From: Hydrolagus affinis
Lineage: Eukaryota
Assembly (NCBI GenBank): GCA_012026655.1
Contig: JAAILG010000612.1
Location: forward strand, 1 to 64,000
Direction of reading: 5' to 3'
DNA length: 64,000 bases
Made by a program: the position numbers and the translations under genes
The notes under the pieces: model-generated
Told to the model about the DNA's origin: nothing
Database searches by the model: none
Seen by the model: the letters and a program-made list of their open reading frames with translations, nothing else
Shown: piece after piece, positions 63,042 through 64,000 of the stretch
Layout of the letters: every line of letters starts with the position of its first letter
Position numbering within the stretch: the first letter of the stretch is position 1

Positions 63042-63348
63042 AGGAGTCCTATAGCTCAGTGGTTAGAGCACCCACCTTACAAAAGCTGGGTTTCATTCCA
63101 AGCAGGGCAAAACCTTGGGCAAGTTTCCTTACTCCACACACCTGATAATAATCCCTTACGAAAAAATTTTTATAAATTGGTCATTTCAATCAACAACTGT
63201 TTGTGGGACACCGCTGTGTGCAATTGGCTGCCGCTTTTCGCCCACAAATATACAGTCAATTCACTCTACAGTATATTCTGTGTAGTGCCTTGAGATATTT
63301 AGAAGACGTGGAAAGAGTTATATCAAATGTAAGGATTATTATTATTAC
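63042..63348 (+). mobile_element. tRNA-derived SINE, full length
   Basis: ggagtcctatagctcagtggttagagcac...aaatgtaaggattattattatta. Confidence 0.92.
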
Positions 63349-64000
63349 CTAGTTTGGGTCACCATTTTCAGGAGATGAGGAATAAGACAAAAATGGGAAA
63401 CGAAAAATAAAGTGCAGAAATGTTTGTCTTGTTAAGAGTCCACCAAACAACCGACCCATCTAAAGGAAGTGTGCGACAAAATGAAATTGACCAGGGTAAT
63501 TTTGTCAACAACCACCACTTTCCTTGCAAACATGATGTAGTATTCTCTTTAATATGCAAATAATGTTTCTTGTTTCTTTAACCCGATAGATTTTGTTTTA
63601 TCTTATAGATTTCTCGTTCCCTTTTACAGATTGAAGGAAACTGTTGGTTCAAGAACTGAAGGTCACATGGGAAGCAACAGAAACATTTCACATTAGGCAT
63701 CTGGAAGGTGGGGGGGAGAAGCCAGCTCCACGTATAAGAACATTTAAAAATATCACATGTATGCTCAAAAAATTCTGAATTTTCCCTCATGAGTAAAACT
63801 GTAACAGGATTAGATACGAAGAAACTAACCCCCTACTATCAAACCTTTGTCTCCACATAGATAGAGTGGGATGTGCAGTGCCCACAAGCTAGAAGTATAA
63901 TAACAAACTGGGTTATTAAACTGGGAATGCAAATTTTCTATTTTTAGTTAGGTCTACCTCAAGTACTCGTTTATGCATAATAACTCCATAGTTATACAAT

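Overview
AT-rich vertebrate genomic DNA. The repeat complement (tRNA-headed L2-tailed SINEs, Deu-domain SINEs, CR1 with CCTATGTT tails, L2 with (TTG)n tails) points to a cartilaginous fish, probably a chimaera such as Callorhinchus; this is an inference. The only protein-coding gene I can support is the 5' part of AHNAK2 on the minus strand, which the ORF track almost entirely misses. It comprises exon 1 (MCDCFH..., 30136-30082), a 23.7-kb intron 1, small exons at 6369-6317 and 5800-5690, two PDZ exons (4187-4034, 3424-3243) and the start of the giant repeat exon (2278 to the window edge). The most unusual observation is a frame-preserving 123-nt candidate exon (4448-4326). It carries an in-frame TAA ahead of an internal Kozak ATG (MSHEA), and there is also a candidate non-coding alternative first exon in intron 1. 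Together these suggest a splice/promoter switch between a Cys-rich N-terminal isoform, a short PDZ-first isoform and possibly an 84-aa micropeptide. The rest of the window is intronic or intergenic: SINEs, LINE fragments, a mariner remnant, two foldback/MITE-like elements, microsatellites and a 100-N gap. No database searches were run; homology statements come from recalled family features.
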